From NCBI GenBank assembly GCA_904063045.1, contig CAJFCJ010000013.1:1470156-1534155 (forward strand): DNA of 64,000 nt. Direction: 5' to 3'. A program made the position numbers and the translations under genes. This DNA is from Dimorphilus gyrociliatus. Taxonomy: Eukaryota > Animalia > Annelida. Positions 23,981 through 37,874 of this stretch are shown piece by piece. Every line of letters starts with the position of its first letter. Position 1 is the first letter of the stretch. A model generated the notes under the pieces. The model worked only from the letters and a program-made list of their open reading frames with translations, did no database searches and was not told where the DNA came from.

Positions 23981-26900
23981 TATTATATACAGTAAATGAA
24001 AAGAATGGATGTTCTTATGAAATTAATCATAGTATTTACTACTTGTGATATTGAGATAAACTATGCCTTTTTTTAGTACGATTTTTAAAGTCGTGATATA
24101 ACCAAACCAGAACAATAGTCATATTTAGGCCTACCTCTACAAACATCTATCTAATAGTCTCTTTTTGTATAATATTACTTAAAAGAATACGATAGTATTA
24201 AAAGTATTTTCGACCCAAATAGGAAAGAATTGAGATATGTGACAATTTTGTAACCCAAAGCGTGTTTATGTTTTCGTAAAGGATCGACTAAAATATTTCA
24301 GGTAAGGAAAGTTCAAACTGATGAAAAATAAACAATAAGTTATTTCCTCCTCACAGAGATATTTTCTCGTTTGGTATTTCAAAAACATACGCCAAAATTA
24401 TATATCTTTCTAGCAGAGCATATCTAAATTCGAAATTAATAAGAGATTTGTAGGACGATCAATCAGTATCATAGTCATGCTTTTCATGTTTCTCTTAAAA
24501 AAAGCTTTCAAATTTATCTTCTTTGTGCATGGAATAAAATAAGAAGAAAGGAAAGGAGAACTTATTAAATAATTGTAATATTTTACTCTTTTAAAAAGAT
24601 AGATAAACAATTCTTCAACCTGGAGAAAAAAAATGAAAAAGGTTATATTATAGAATTTTAGCAGATCCTTTAGGCTGTTTCCAGCATGTGCAGATTTAGT
24701 ATAGTACGTGTCTGGAAGAGCAGAATGTAAACCATATGCGTTGGAACATAATGTTAAAGATTTCTTTTCCAAAAAAAAAAGAAAAAAAAATCCGGAAGAC
24801 AGTGCAAATGATTTCGATAAACATAGAATTTGTTTTCTTTTTTTTGTTACATATATATATAATCTCAGAAGAAAACAATGAGGAAAGAAACAAAATACTT
24901 GTATATTTTCGCATCAACCTATTTTGACTTTTCAAAGTCATTGGATTAATTATTCCCTCTAAAAAGTTATATATTCTCTCTTGACATTTTCCGATAAATA
25001 TTTACATTAAATTGTATGGAAAATGAAGAAATATTTGATATTTTTTATTAGTTTTAACAATCGATCTTAATTTATAAATTTTAATAGCAGCGTCATCTAC
25101 CGTTTTAATTCTGAATGAAAATTGTTAATCAATTTTATCATTGTTTTTTTTTTTTGTAGGTTAATTCAAAATTAATACAATTATTTTCTTTTACTATTGA
25201 CGTTTACTTAGTTAGAGAGAGTTTTCTTTGTTTTTAGAGAATACTAAATACAAGAATGAATTAATTATGAATATTATTATAAACTAAACAATGTTTATAT
25301 ATTTTTTTAATGTAATATACGGTAAAAAAGGCGATATATTTATGTTATACTATAGCATATTTTGTATATATAGATATCTAAATATACTAGTTATTTGTGG
25401 AACTTTGAGAACCTTCAAAAAAGGGAGAATAAATTGGCAAGAGTGTCACTTTGAGTGTTTTGAACAAGTACACCTATTTTTAAATAAAATCTATAAGTTG
25501 CAAAGAAATTTCATTATTGAATTTTCTTAATAAACTCTCACTCTCTCTTTCTCTTGCCTTCTCTTTAGAGTGTGAAAACAAGTTGTAAAATAGATTTTTA
25601 TTGAAGGAAAAAAAAAGAGTTCCATCTATAAATTGTATATAGTTAATATATGTGTATACTCTTTTAAGACTTATCCTATTTCTAGTGCTATTGGACATTT
25701 CGACTTCTGTTTTTGTTACTTGTCTCGAGTCTTAGGATATCTGCTTTTTATCATTTAGAATTAAGAAATATTGGTCAGTTATATTATTATAAATGTTACT
25801 TTTCATTATATTCTTAACAACGAAACATCAATTCTAAGTTAAAAGAATATTTAACATCCTTAATTGCGTAGGTTTTGTTAAAGAATATGAAAATCGAATG
25901 CTAAGAGACAGGGATAGAATGAGGATAAAAGCGCGGGAAAAGTCGTTGAAAAAAGCGGGAAACTCTTATCATTAAATTGTTCACAGCTCTACATTAAAAT
26001 TGACCTAAAAGACTTTGAACTTTAGTGTTAATTTATTATTTTTTAGAGAGCTTAGAGGGGTTTAAAAAAAGCAAACATGATATTAAAAGAAATTAATAAA
26101 TAATGAATACACAAAAGTTAATAAGTAAAATTGTATTTATTTGTTTTTTCTCTCCCTTGTTTTATGTAAATAACATCCAAGTAATTAAAGTGTTGCAAAC
26201 AGTAGAGTGACAAAGACTTGAACTTTATCTTTAAGATACAAGAAATAAGAGATTTTTCGAGCTTCAAAAAGGCTGTTTGAAGATCTCAAGAGATTCGTAA
26301 GACTCTGAATCATGATAGACAACGTATCCTAAGTGAACACTAGAGGGATATTATGACGATTTCAAATAGAGATAATGATAAAGAAAAGAAGAGTGAACGA
26401 GTGAAAAAGATAGAATATATGTAAATAAAGAAGAAGAAGAAAAAGAGAGAGAGAGATAGGGAAAGAGCGAGAGAGAGAGAGAGAGCAAGAGATAGAAATA
26501 GAAGTATTATAAAATTCCAGAGAAGTGAAATATGTTACTTGTTAATTCAAAGCGGTTATGGAGGGGGAATAGCTGAAAAAGAAATCTTAGAAATATTTAA
26601 AGTATATTTAAAAGATTTTCAATAAGGTTTTTCTTCATTTTATATCTGAAAAGTAGCTAGTTTTATGTAACAAATAAATTGATATTCGTATCTTAAAAGA
26701 GTACTGAAATTAATTATAAAGATAAGGACTTTTTAATTATCGTGTATTAAGCTATAAGTATATTAGTATTTGTTATATGATTAAGGCTTTTAGTTTTTTA
26801 TTTATATCTCCTACTCTTATTGATCAAAACTAAGCTCTTTTCATGCATGTTTATTTGTGTATATATTTAACGGATATGTTATATATTTTCAAGGTCTTTT

Positions 26901-28078
26901 GACCTATTTTCGCTGTAGCTTTAACCTCTCCTCCAATCTAGCTTTTAACTTGTACCGATTCCTCATTCTCATCTGTCTCCCACCGTTAACATTCCTCCCA
27001 GGTATATTAATAGTAAATGCATTAAATGCAGATATTGGGTGTATCATTAGAAAATCTATTGGTAGATAAAATGGTCTATTGTGTCAAGATTAATGATAAA
27101 CATTTCGAAAAATTAAAGATTAGTAAGGAAATAGCACCATTTTTCACACACTTAATCTCTGATTATTTCTATTTAAGATTAATAGGAAATGAAAGAGTAT
27201 ATGAAAATAAGCGAGAAAGAATTAAATGGAATAGAAAAGGTAAAGAAAAATTCATGGCAAGCTATGTTATGAATTTTCTCGGTCAGCTTCAATTTAAATT
27301 TTTAACTTGAAAGCGTCTTTCTTCTTTAATTATATCAACTTATATTCGGATAAAAGAAAGAAAGACCTTGTATATACACATACACAAGCACACACACACT
27401 CTCTCTTTTTCATTCTCGTTAATCCCTCTTCAAATTATTCTCAGTTAAAAGCAAGAGAGAATGATACAATAGACAATAAATAAAAAGGCAGGAAAAGTTC
27501 AAGTGTTTATAAGTCCTTTGATCTTAAGCTTCGAGGGGGTTGGTAGTAAAATTATAGAGACAGATACTATGAATGGAGGGAGAAGGAGAAGAAGAAGAAG
27601 ACAGGAAAAGAAAGAGTGAGAGAAAGAGAGAGTCAATATGCGTGTATGATACATACCGTGTATATGTACAGAACATGGGAAAAGATATATTTTAGTTTCT
27701 CCCCGGTAAACACTAACAGCTATAGGCTAAGATCTGTTTACAATTTGACTACTCTAGCCAAAGGATATTAGAAAAAGTGAATGCGTTATATCTCTTTTTT
27801 GTCTCTTATCTCTACATTAGATTGCCATAAGACAGTTTTTATCCGAAAGGGAAATAAAGAAAATCAATAAAATAATAAAAAGAGGTGTAATATTAAAAAG
27901 TTATGAAGAACGTAGCAAAGAGTAAAGACTTTAGGCGTAATTGTTTTTAATTCAAAAAATATAAATAGTCTTAATCCTCCCCTATTAGACTATTTTGAAA
28001 GATTCAAGCGCGGGCAATATTGAATAGCTCTCTTAATATTGATTATCCAAATTGTCATGCATATATAAATACAGCACA

Positions 28079-28113
<35 letters not shown>

Positions 28114-28368
28114 AAAAGAAAGAGAAACTCTAAATGATCTTCCCTTTTTACTTGAAAAAAATAGAAAAGTTTTGCTTGCAGAAGGAAAAAAGTTTTGTTC
28201 TTTTACAAACAGTTTTCACCGCCATCTACCGTTTGAATTGTAGATTTAATAAGTCAGTTGGTTGATTGTCCATTAGTTGCGGTAAACAACGGGAGATTTT
28301 TATATACAATGTAAAAGAAAGGGGAAAATGAAAAACGATAAATATTCACTATTTACGTGTAAATTGAT

Positions 28369-28404
<36 letters not shown>

Positions 28405-28815
28405 AAGTAAGAAAGAGTAAGACAAAAAGAAAATGTTATTTAACTTTTAACAGTTTAAAACGTTTAAATAATAGACTCTTTAGCCTCCTTAACCCTGCAG
28501 ATCTGAACAATTTCGAGGAGCAATAATTAGATAAAAGAGGCTTGTTCAAAAGCGGTAATCGATTAAATACAACAAGCGAATTGGGCAGCGCAATTGATTT
28601 CTAAAGTAGATCTCGAAGCGTTTTTTCTATGTCAATAAGTCTTTCTTTTGTAAAGGGGAGTTAGCTTTGGGCAATGTTGTCTAAATGTTCTTTTTTTTCT
28701 CTTGTATAGTTTTCCATTAAAAGGGTTAGGTAAATCAATATCAGTGAACTGCAATCATTTTTTATCACGTTTATATGTGTCAATATACAACGTCTTGAAT
28801 AATTAAAATAAAAAA

Positions 28816-28847
<32 letters not shown>

Positions 28848-29216
28848 GTGCTGTTATATTTATTAGATAATTCTTTTTACAAGTTTCTTGCTCATTTATC
28901 ACGTATTATCTTGAATAATTAACTACAAGGCTCAATTAATATATTTGATACTATATTTGTTTTATTTTAATTATATCTAATAACAATTTATTGAATACTA
29001 TACATTTATGAATTATAGTTTGTTAATAAATAATGAATTCTTTTATATAGAAATTTATATTAATAATAAAAAATCTACTGTAAGATTTCTTCTCTTTTTA
29101 ACATATTTTTTCTTTTTGTTTTTCTACTATTACAACTTTTTTTGTAATAGCATCTATTTTTAATCAAGTATATAAATATATCGATAAATTGTTCAATAAT
29201 TGACAGTTTTCTCTAT

Positions 29217-29259
<43 letters not shown>

Positions 29260-30451
29260 TTTCTCTCTTCCCCCCTCCCCTCCCCTCCTCTCTCTCTCTC
29301 TCTCTCTCATTCTCTTACACTTTTCCCGACCTCTTTCTACATTTTTTTTCTATTCTCAACAATTAAACTCATTAATGAGAATATACAGTTTATAAATACA
29401 AACAGTATATAAAAGATTTAATCGTGTAATTTTTGTTATTAATTATCGTTAGGAAGCTAAAAATAATATCAATTAATATAAGAAATTTTATAGTTTATTA
29501 TCATAATTTGAAATCGTTTACGGGAAAAGAAAATTAAACTTGTTATGGCGTGAATAAAACTGTCTTTATAGCGAAAAATGGTAATATTTTGTCAATATTT
29601 TATATGGAAGACTTAAATCTGTTAAAGATTTATTATCGAATTAGTTTGTTACATCTCTTACGATTTTTTTTCCTTTTCTACATTTTATTATTATTTTTGT
29701 TGTTGACTGTTTTAACCTTGAGAGATTTCTTTCTACTTTTGTCCTATCTTTCTTACATTCTTCGTATCTCGTCCCCCACACTGTCCCCCTTCACGCTGTC
29801 TTATTCTAATAAATTGAAAAGAGCCCTTTAAAGCATATTGCGATAGAAAATAGGATTTTCTTTATTTAAGAGAATTACTTTTCATGCACAAAAAGTGCTT
29901 GTTTGAATGATATTTTTGAAAATCATTTATTAATAGCGATACATTAACAACTTGAGCGTAAATTTCCAGTTTTTAGCTAATACACGTAATTTCTTATGCA
30001 TTATAGGATTATCTTTTTTCTCTCTCTCTCTCTCCCACCTTTTTTCATTTATTCTTTTTTATCTTTATATACACACATCAATACGAAATATATATGTATA
30101 TTGAGGTAAATAATTGTTAATTTTTGTATTTAAACATAGAGACGATTGCATTCCTTTCATCCTTTTTAGATTTTCATTAATCGCAAAAAAAAAGAAAAGA
30201 GAAAATCCATTTTTATAAAAATGTTCCTGTCTGTATGTTTCTTTCTTTTTTGAACAAAATAAATCCTTATTTATTTAGCTTGCGAAGTTATATCGTTTTG
30301 AATATTCATCATCTTTAATGATGTATACAATTCGTTTATTAATGATAGCTCTTTTTTTTTATATGCAGGATGCGTACGAAAGCTAATGATCAAGTTATTT
30401 GTTGCTATGGGTAATGAAAGAAGATAGTGTATTCATTTTCCTTGTTGAAAA

Positions 30452-32739
30452 TCACGCTGTTCTAGCTTGTAGTGTATTGGATCTTGAACTTTTTTCGCTC
30501 TCCTCAAAGGAAAACATATAAGGTTTTTTATCAAGTATCTTTCTTACCCCTGTTCTAGCGATATTCAACGCCAGTCTTATTTGTTGTAACCAAGGTTTTT
30601 CGAATGTCGTTGCCACAGATAAACATTTGATTGCATTCTCACGGGCTTTCATACCTCTTTCAAAATCGAACTCTTCCATAGTCTTCCTTAAATCTGCTGG
30701 TAAAGGCTTTACTGGTCGTCTCTTTATAGGTGCTAACTGACTCGGTTTTTTTCTCAATTGAAAGCTGGATTTTTTATCGCTACGCTCAGTTTCCGGATTA
30801 GAACGCGTGCCAACACTTTCAGCTCCAGTTTGTAAAAGGAATGATCTTCTACTAGGATCAAATGGTTTCTTTTTCATATTTTCCTTTATAGGAGGCAATT
30901 TAAGTGATTCACTTTCTTTATCTTCCTATTATTGGAGAATAATAAAACAAGTAATTAATAAACATTTGTTGCTATATTCTTCAAATTGTTTTATTGATTG
31001 TTTTCCGACCAAATTGTCAGATTAAAATAGTATTTAATCAACTTTGGTAAGGATTATTTGATGAATGTCTGGCTTAATGATTAAAATTTTTATTTATAGA
31101 TATATATATATACATTCATTTTTAACATTATATCTTTCCCCTTAATAATTGAAAGGGTATGTGTGTGTGTGTGTGTATGTGAGAGAGAGAGAGAGAAAGA
31201 AAATAGGATTCTCTCCTAGGATGCTCAAACAGGGAATTAAGGGGAAAGGAAAAATAGATAAAAAAAATATAATTCTTACATGATTCGAATCCTCTGAAGT
31301 ACTCTTTTTTAAATTATTTGCTTTCGAAACCAATTTACCCCATTTCCCTAATTTAGGTCCAGATCTCATAAGTGCAACTGAACTTAGCGATTTAAAGTAG
31401 ATCTCCGGGTCCATTTGACCCGATGGTGGATCAATACCATAAAGTCTTTTCTTTCTTTTCTCCGATTCTTCCTCTTCTATTTTAAGTAAATTTAATGGTT
31501 TTGTTGATAATTTTGACTGCCCGAAGCCGTCTAGTTGCAATCCATGACCAACTAGAGCTCCTTGGGCTAAATGCCTTTTATAGTTTTTAATAGATGACTT
31601 ATAATGACCGTGTATAACTAATGTTTTTGTTTTGGCATGTTCACACCATTTTTTCATTTTCGTATAAATAGATAATGGTAGTGATGCTTTTTTCGTATAT
31701 TGAATCTTACTCCATTGCTTGGTCAATAGGAATGATGCACAGTGTCTTTGTTTCATTCTTAACGAGATATTTAGTGCCGTTAGTCCGTTACCGTCTTTCG
31801 CTAAAACGGATGTGACGCTATGATGAACGAACGATCTGAGCACATTTAACTGTCCGCTTTCGGCCGATTCATGAATTGCCGCCTTAAACGTATCGATGTG
31901 TGATTCTTCACCTTTACACCATTGTCTTAGAGGGTGTTCTCCTATAGCTTCATCGGGTCTTACTCCGTGTCTTAAGAGGTTAACGGCTAATTCAACGTGA
32001 CCGTAATGCGCTGCTATATATAAAGCGACCTTCATTTGAAATCTGGAAATGACATCGTCTTTGAAGAGACTCTCCATGAGATCTGAAGTAAACCCGGTAA
32101 TAGCGGCATTTAACATATCAGACCATCCATCCCATACTTCAAGTACAATTCTATCGCCTACCCCTATTCCATAAGAGTCAATAAATTGGCAATCATACAT
32201 TTCAGTTCCTTCCACAGTTGTTAAACGGAAGACACTAACAGGAAGTCCACTTTTACGTGATACAATAGATCTCAATTGATGAACTTTTAAGTCCTGGGCG
32301 TTAAATTTATCCATAATTTCCAGAGTATCTCCATTATAAGGGGAATGTACAAATAAAGTAGGCTCAATTTGCTCTCTTACAACAGCTCTTTTAAGTTTTT
32401 ATTTAAAGTAATACAAAAAAAAACCGATGCTATTAAATCTTTGATAACAAAAATTAACACCAAATTATTAATTAATTAATTAATTAATTATTATTATTAT
32501 ATCTTTAGGCTTTGTTTTTTTAAATATTACTTTAAACTGCATCCTGGAACTAAGCCCAAATCTGAGATAAGCCATGTACTCTTTAGCTCTCCACCGTAGA
32601 ATCTTAAAGTCAGTATACTTGAACCGTCTGGTCCTATATTAAAAATATCTCGAACTTTTTCACGTATTTCTTCAACTGTATCCGATTCTTGAACCTCCAA
32701 GGAGACTCTCTCCGTATTATAGGCCACAAATACTCTCAT
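30452..32739 (-). CDS. ANKUB1: Ankyrin repeat and ubiquitin domain-containing protein, 3 exons
   Basis: N-terminal Ubl MRVFVAY...GGELKSTWLISDLG; second Ubl SGLPVSVFRL..EMYDC; LEVWDGW; VALYIAAHYGH; HPLRQWC; ankyrin repeats; C-terminal ENAIKCLSVA..KPWLQQ. These match ANKUB1 as recalled. Confidence 0.92.
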
Positions 32740-35700
32740 ATTATCGTTAAAATAGCCAAATGCATAAATATATTTTATTATTAAATTCTTCTCTCCTCTC
32801 TTCTCACTGTCTCATTCTCCTTTTACTTTTCTCACTTTTTCTCCTCTGCCTTCCGTTTTCCTCTCAAGCCGCTCAATAAAATAAAAAAAAATAACAGCTC
32901 CGTATACGGCGACTAAGCCGCACCTATCGTATTAAGCCTAGATAATGCTCTAATAGATACTGTCAGACTTCTTTTTTTTGACTAACGGTCACCAATTCAT
33001 TTCTGCTAAGCCAAAATCAATAGATACAGAACATTTTCACAAAAAATGCGCTCTTCTCTTATTTCTAATTTTTATTACAGACTTTTTTTTTTTAGTTAAA
33101 AGATTATTTCATTTTATGAGGAGAATTACAAACAATAATCCATAAGTATAATCTGTACATACTTTAGATTAGGCCTACTAAATAGCTTTGCCTTCCTATT
33201 CATCATTCTCCTATTACAAAATACATATATGCTAATCTTTACAGTTGACTACGTGAAGGCTACTGTCGTGAGGTGGATTAGAAATTGTTTATAGTTACGT
33301 GGCGACATCTTTAGGCTGATGAATTAAATGATACTATTTTAATCGGGATATGCTATATAATTTATAGATAAGTAAGAAAGTAACGAGGGGAAAATTGTTA
33401 AGGGAAATAGAGAGGAGCAGAAAGAGAGAGAGAGAAGTAGAAGAAGGAAGGAGTATATGACAGACAAACAAAAAATAATTAATTATATGATAGATATAAC
33501 CCTAATGGTATAAATGTTCAAAGGAGTAGAAGAGAAAACCTGAATAGTTTTCATTGTATGATTTTCATTAAAATACAAGAAGAGGATGAATAACAGTAAT
33601 AACCTTGTAATAATAGAAATCATTGTGAAGTATTAACAACAAGAAGTATCTCAAGTGTACAACTTGGCCATGTTTCAAGATTTTTCTCTTTTTTACCTTT
33701 CCACCTTCAATGTTCCTTTTCCCTTTCCTCCCTTCCCGTCTCTCTCTCTCTCTCTCTCTCTCTCAGAAATAATAATTTTCATTTTTTTTGTAATGTATTT
33801 GATAGAAGTATGAACGCCAATGTACAGTATATATAATTTCAGTGCATAAAAAGAATGGAATTCTGATATATATGATAAGTTATCAAGTCAATGTGAGAAA
33901 CTAAGTATACAACATTATGTATACAGTATTAGTCCTCTGATTCTTCAATAAATATTGACAGGATAAATGTCGGTTCATCCCATTATTATAAACCGCCTTT
34001 CCCCCCTTTTTTTAACTCTTCTTATATATATATATATATGTATATATATGTCTATGTATTTGTATGTATATACTACATGTATTATACTTAACGTTATTAA
34101 GCAATGGGTCAGTTAATCAATAAAATTAACAAACATTCAGTCCAAAATATTAAATCTGGCTTATTGGCTAATCTGAAAGAGAAACATTACATTCTGTTAT
34201 TTTACGAATAGTATTGGAAGATTCTATATAAAATATTAAATATATACAGATATTATATAGCATAATCTATGTATTAGATTGATTATTGCTCATCTTACTT
34301 ACAGCCCATTCCTTAATTTCGTCCATGAGGTAGATAATTAAAACTGTTGAAAACAAAAAGAAAAAATATACTTTTGTTAATTTCCATCAATTCTTTTATT
34401 TTGTTTCTACCCCAAGAATACATCTTTTAAAAAGCATCTTCTCTACGTTGAGTATTATCATATCTTGTAACAAATCGATTACTATTTACCTTAGTGAAGC
34501 TTTACCTTAAGTAATCTTTTATATGTCTTCACTTCATATAGGATTATGAAAAAGAAAGAAAATAATTTATACAATTCGTCAAAATGTAATACAAATTTTA
34601 ATAAAATATCTCTAGTATCTTAAAAAAAACGTAGAAATTAATCTGCTATTTTTTATTATGATGGGGGATGAAGGTCAAAATGGAAACGTTTCTTTAGAGA
34701 CAATTTACAATATTTCCTCACTATTTACAAACATTTCCGAGTCAAACTACTTTATATAAAGTATATATATAAAAATTTATATACACTATATATGTAACAA
34801 TCAACTGTAATTCAGTATGTACTGCCTTTTTAAATTTATCAGAATAAAAGATAAATTCCAATGCTCTTTGTTCACTAAATAAGGATTAAATTGAAGACAG
34901 ATGCTGTTTATTACTCAAGAGAAGGAAACAATCATTTCTACAAGAGAAAAAATTTCTAGGAATCACTTTTTTTTATATAGGAAATGACAACTCTTCCTTG
35001 TCTTATATCTGTCTCTATTGCACTCTAAATAATTGAAAATTTGTTTTTTCTGTTTCTTTAAAAGTAAGAGAATGTAAAATCGCATCGCCTTGCTATCTTT
35101 TATTTACAGTTTAAGAGTATTGTATGACAGAAAAAGTGACTAGGGTATTTCTTAAATGACAATAAAATGGATAAAAGAAAGGAGAGTGAGTAAATGAGTG
35201 AGGGAAAAAAAAGAAGAATAGAGAGTAAAACAAATCAAGAGTCCAAGGCCTAAGAACAAAACATATAGGATTTACATCTTTGAACTACTTGAGGAATGTT
35301 GTGGCATGGAAATGCATACGGATTCTAGTTTATTCTATTCTTTTCTTTCACCTATTTTCTTTCTTTTGTCATTTTGCCTTGTCACCTTTCTCTCACTCTC
35401 TTCTTTATTTTTATTCTTATTCTTATATATTTATATACAGTATATACAATATGTATAATTCTAATAAGGTGACGGTAATACTTTGACAATAAAGCGTCTT
35501 AAATTTGACATTTCAAATTACTGAAGCTAGTTACGTGTTACTTTTAAACTGAGTAACTGTCATAATAAGACAATAATACAAGTGGTTATCTAAAAAAATG
35601 ATGGAAATAGAGGAAAATATGCATATTCATAGGTTCATTAATTTAATATAAATGACGTATTAATATCTTGTTAATTTAGGATTCTCAACACAAAGCTACT

Positions 35701-37494
35701 ATATACGATTAAAAGAGAATAGGAATATGATTATGATTATCAATAGAGTACCTTATAATTTTTTCCCAGTATTATTAATATTATACTATTCATACTTTAC
35801 TGATATTTTGAATAAATTAGCATAAATTTTCGTAATTATGACTAATTTCTACGTAAAAAATAGAAAAAAACTGTACGTAATATATTACGTATAAACGATA
35901 AAATAGGCTCTGTTACAGGAAACCCTTTAGCCTTTAGCAGTTTTAACATGTAAATATATTAACAGTATAGATAATGAAAAGCTTTTAGTTCGTTATAGTC
36001 GAGATGGATAATTCATTTTTCCTATCTTTTTTTCCATTCTTTCCATCTTTAATCACTTATTTATATATAATAAACAGGTAGATTCGTAATTAAAGTCGAC
36101 TTTTAAGTTTGAATTTTTCAAAGCTAATTAATTTATTCTCTACTTTATTGCGTATGTATATTATAGTTTCGTAGCCTATATTAATCATTTTCATTTTTTA
36201 TTTTCCATACTTCTCAAAGACTTTTGTTAATTTCTCCAATCGTGAATAAAGTACAAAAACGTTGATAACAGAGTATGAAAAGTATAAAATAATCCCTTGT
36301 TATTTAATAAACAATCTAAAAAACGAAAGGTAAAAAATGAGGTCTTTTTTTTATAAATAAATTATTTGTTGATATATTGTGGAAGTATTATAAAGATAGA
36401 TACATGGCTGGAAAGTGGGTTGAGGAAGAGGGTATTAGTAGGTTAGCATTTGACGGCAGGGAAATAAAAGACGACTTCTATTAAAAACGTATAAGGAAAA
36501 TGTATAAGGATTAAAGAGAATTCTCTAACGTATATCTAAGAGAAACAATTATTAGGACTTTTAAGTTTTTGAGGGAAAAAATTAGCGTATAGAGTTACGG
36601 AATCGTAAATGATCAGGAAAAACAATCTCTTCTCAACTATTAAAAAAAAATGGAAAATTTATCCTACATCTTATAAGCTTTAATGGTATGAAAAGCCATT
36701 ATTTATGGATAATTCTGTAGTACAATAGAATCCACAAAAACGAGAATAATTTCAGACATCTTGCTATTCCAAAGCGACATAGAATAGTAAAAGACAAGCT
36801 TTCCAAAGAATATACATCTTTTCGTGTAGATGTTAATTATTAAAATAAAAATAGAGGAAGAGGAAGACAGGAGGATGATAAGGAGGAAGAAGGAGAAGAA
36901 GGAGAAGGATATAAAATAGCTGATAATTTAGTAAAAATGAAACAAGGGGAAAGGATATAAGTTCTAATATCTTATATAGTGTAATAAATATTTTGTGTTA
37001 TATAAACGGAAAGGATGCTTGTTTGATTAATTTATGCTTATTAATGCTAAAAAAATTAGTAAGGAAAAGCAAAATCGGGAAGGAGAGTTTGAAAAGAAAT
37101 CTATGCTAAAAGATAATGAAAGAATGATGATAATGATAAATTCTTTGATAAGAATATACTGTATATATAAATATATATATATATATACATACTGTATATT
37201 TGCTGTATAAAAAGTATTAAATAAAAAAATTGCAATGAAATTCTATACTTTTAGCACGATTTTGCGTCATTTTTGATGGATTTCTTTCTTTTTTTCTTTT
37301 ATTATCAGTTAAAAAAATATACCTTATATATTGGTTTATATATACTACACTTTACTATTACTATACCTAACATACATTTATGTATTATACTGTATACAGC
37401 TCACTTATATACATAGTTAAAAGATATAGAAATGTTACAGTTTATTTTTATGATGGAATGTTGTCCATTGTAAAACAATTCGCAGAATAAATAA

Positions 37495-37807
37495 TCATTT
37501 TTTAAATAGAAATAAATGAGTATGGGTCGCTGAAGATGTTGTCATATTACCCTCGTCTTCGCCAGCGCAATCGAGATAAAATTTTCGAATTTTTGTTGAT
37601 TTAGGCCTTAAACGAGTATAATAGATGTAGGCGTATATAACTCCAAGAATTAAACATAATCCAGCCAGAACGCATACGGCAATAACGGCTGGAGTTAATT
37701 TGAGAACTGAAATTTTCGGTTTGGTTGTAGTGCTTGTAACTTCCATGAGATCTGGAAAAAATATTGAAAATGTTTATTTTGTAAACAATTTCCATCCACT
37801 TACCCAT
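37495..37807 (-). CDS. Small single-pass membrane protein (~86 aa)
   Basis: ATG G|intron 37752-37803|AT CTC ATG gives MDLMEVTST...; TM segment AVIAVCVLAGLCLILGVIYAYIYY followed by basic TRLRPKSTKIRK. Confidence 0.75.
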
Positions 37808-37860
37808 CACGTTATAATTTCCATAGCCAATGCTATACAATGATGCAGTAGCGCCGCTTG

Positions 37861-37874
37861 GTTGCTATGGAAAT
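37861..37874. promoter_or_regulatory. RFX X-box-like element
   Basis: GTTGCTATGGAAAT, close to the GTTNCYATGGNAAC consensus. Confidence 0.5.

Noticed and set aside
24410-29831. Numerous 60-120 aa ORFs rich in F/L/S/I/Y in the ORF track (also 44374-44592, 47156-47534, 54219-55534, 58615-58911)
   Set aside because: Their composition reflects AT-rich and (CT)n/(AT)n sequence, with no motifs or coherent splice structure.
35874-35891. 18-bp perfect palindrome TACGTAATATATTACGTA
   Set aside because: AT-rich and isolated; could be paired bZIP half-sites but has no supporting context.
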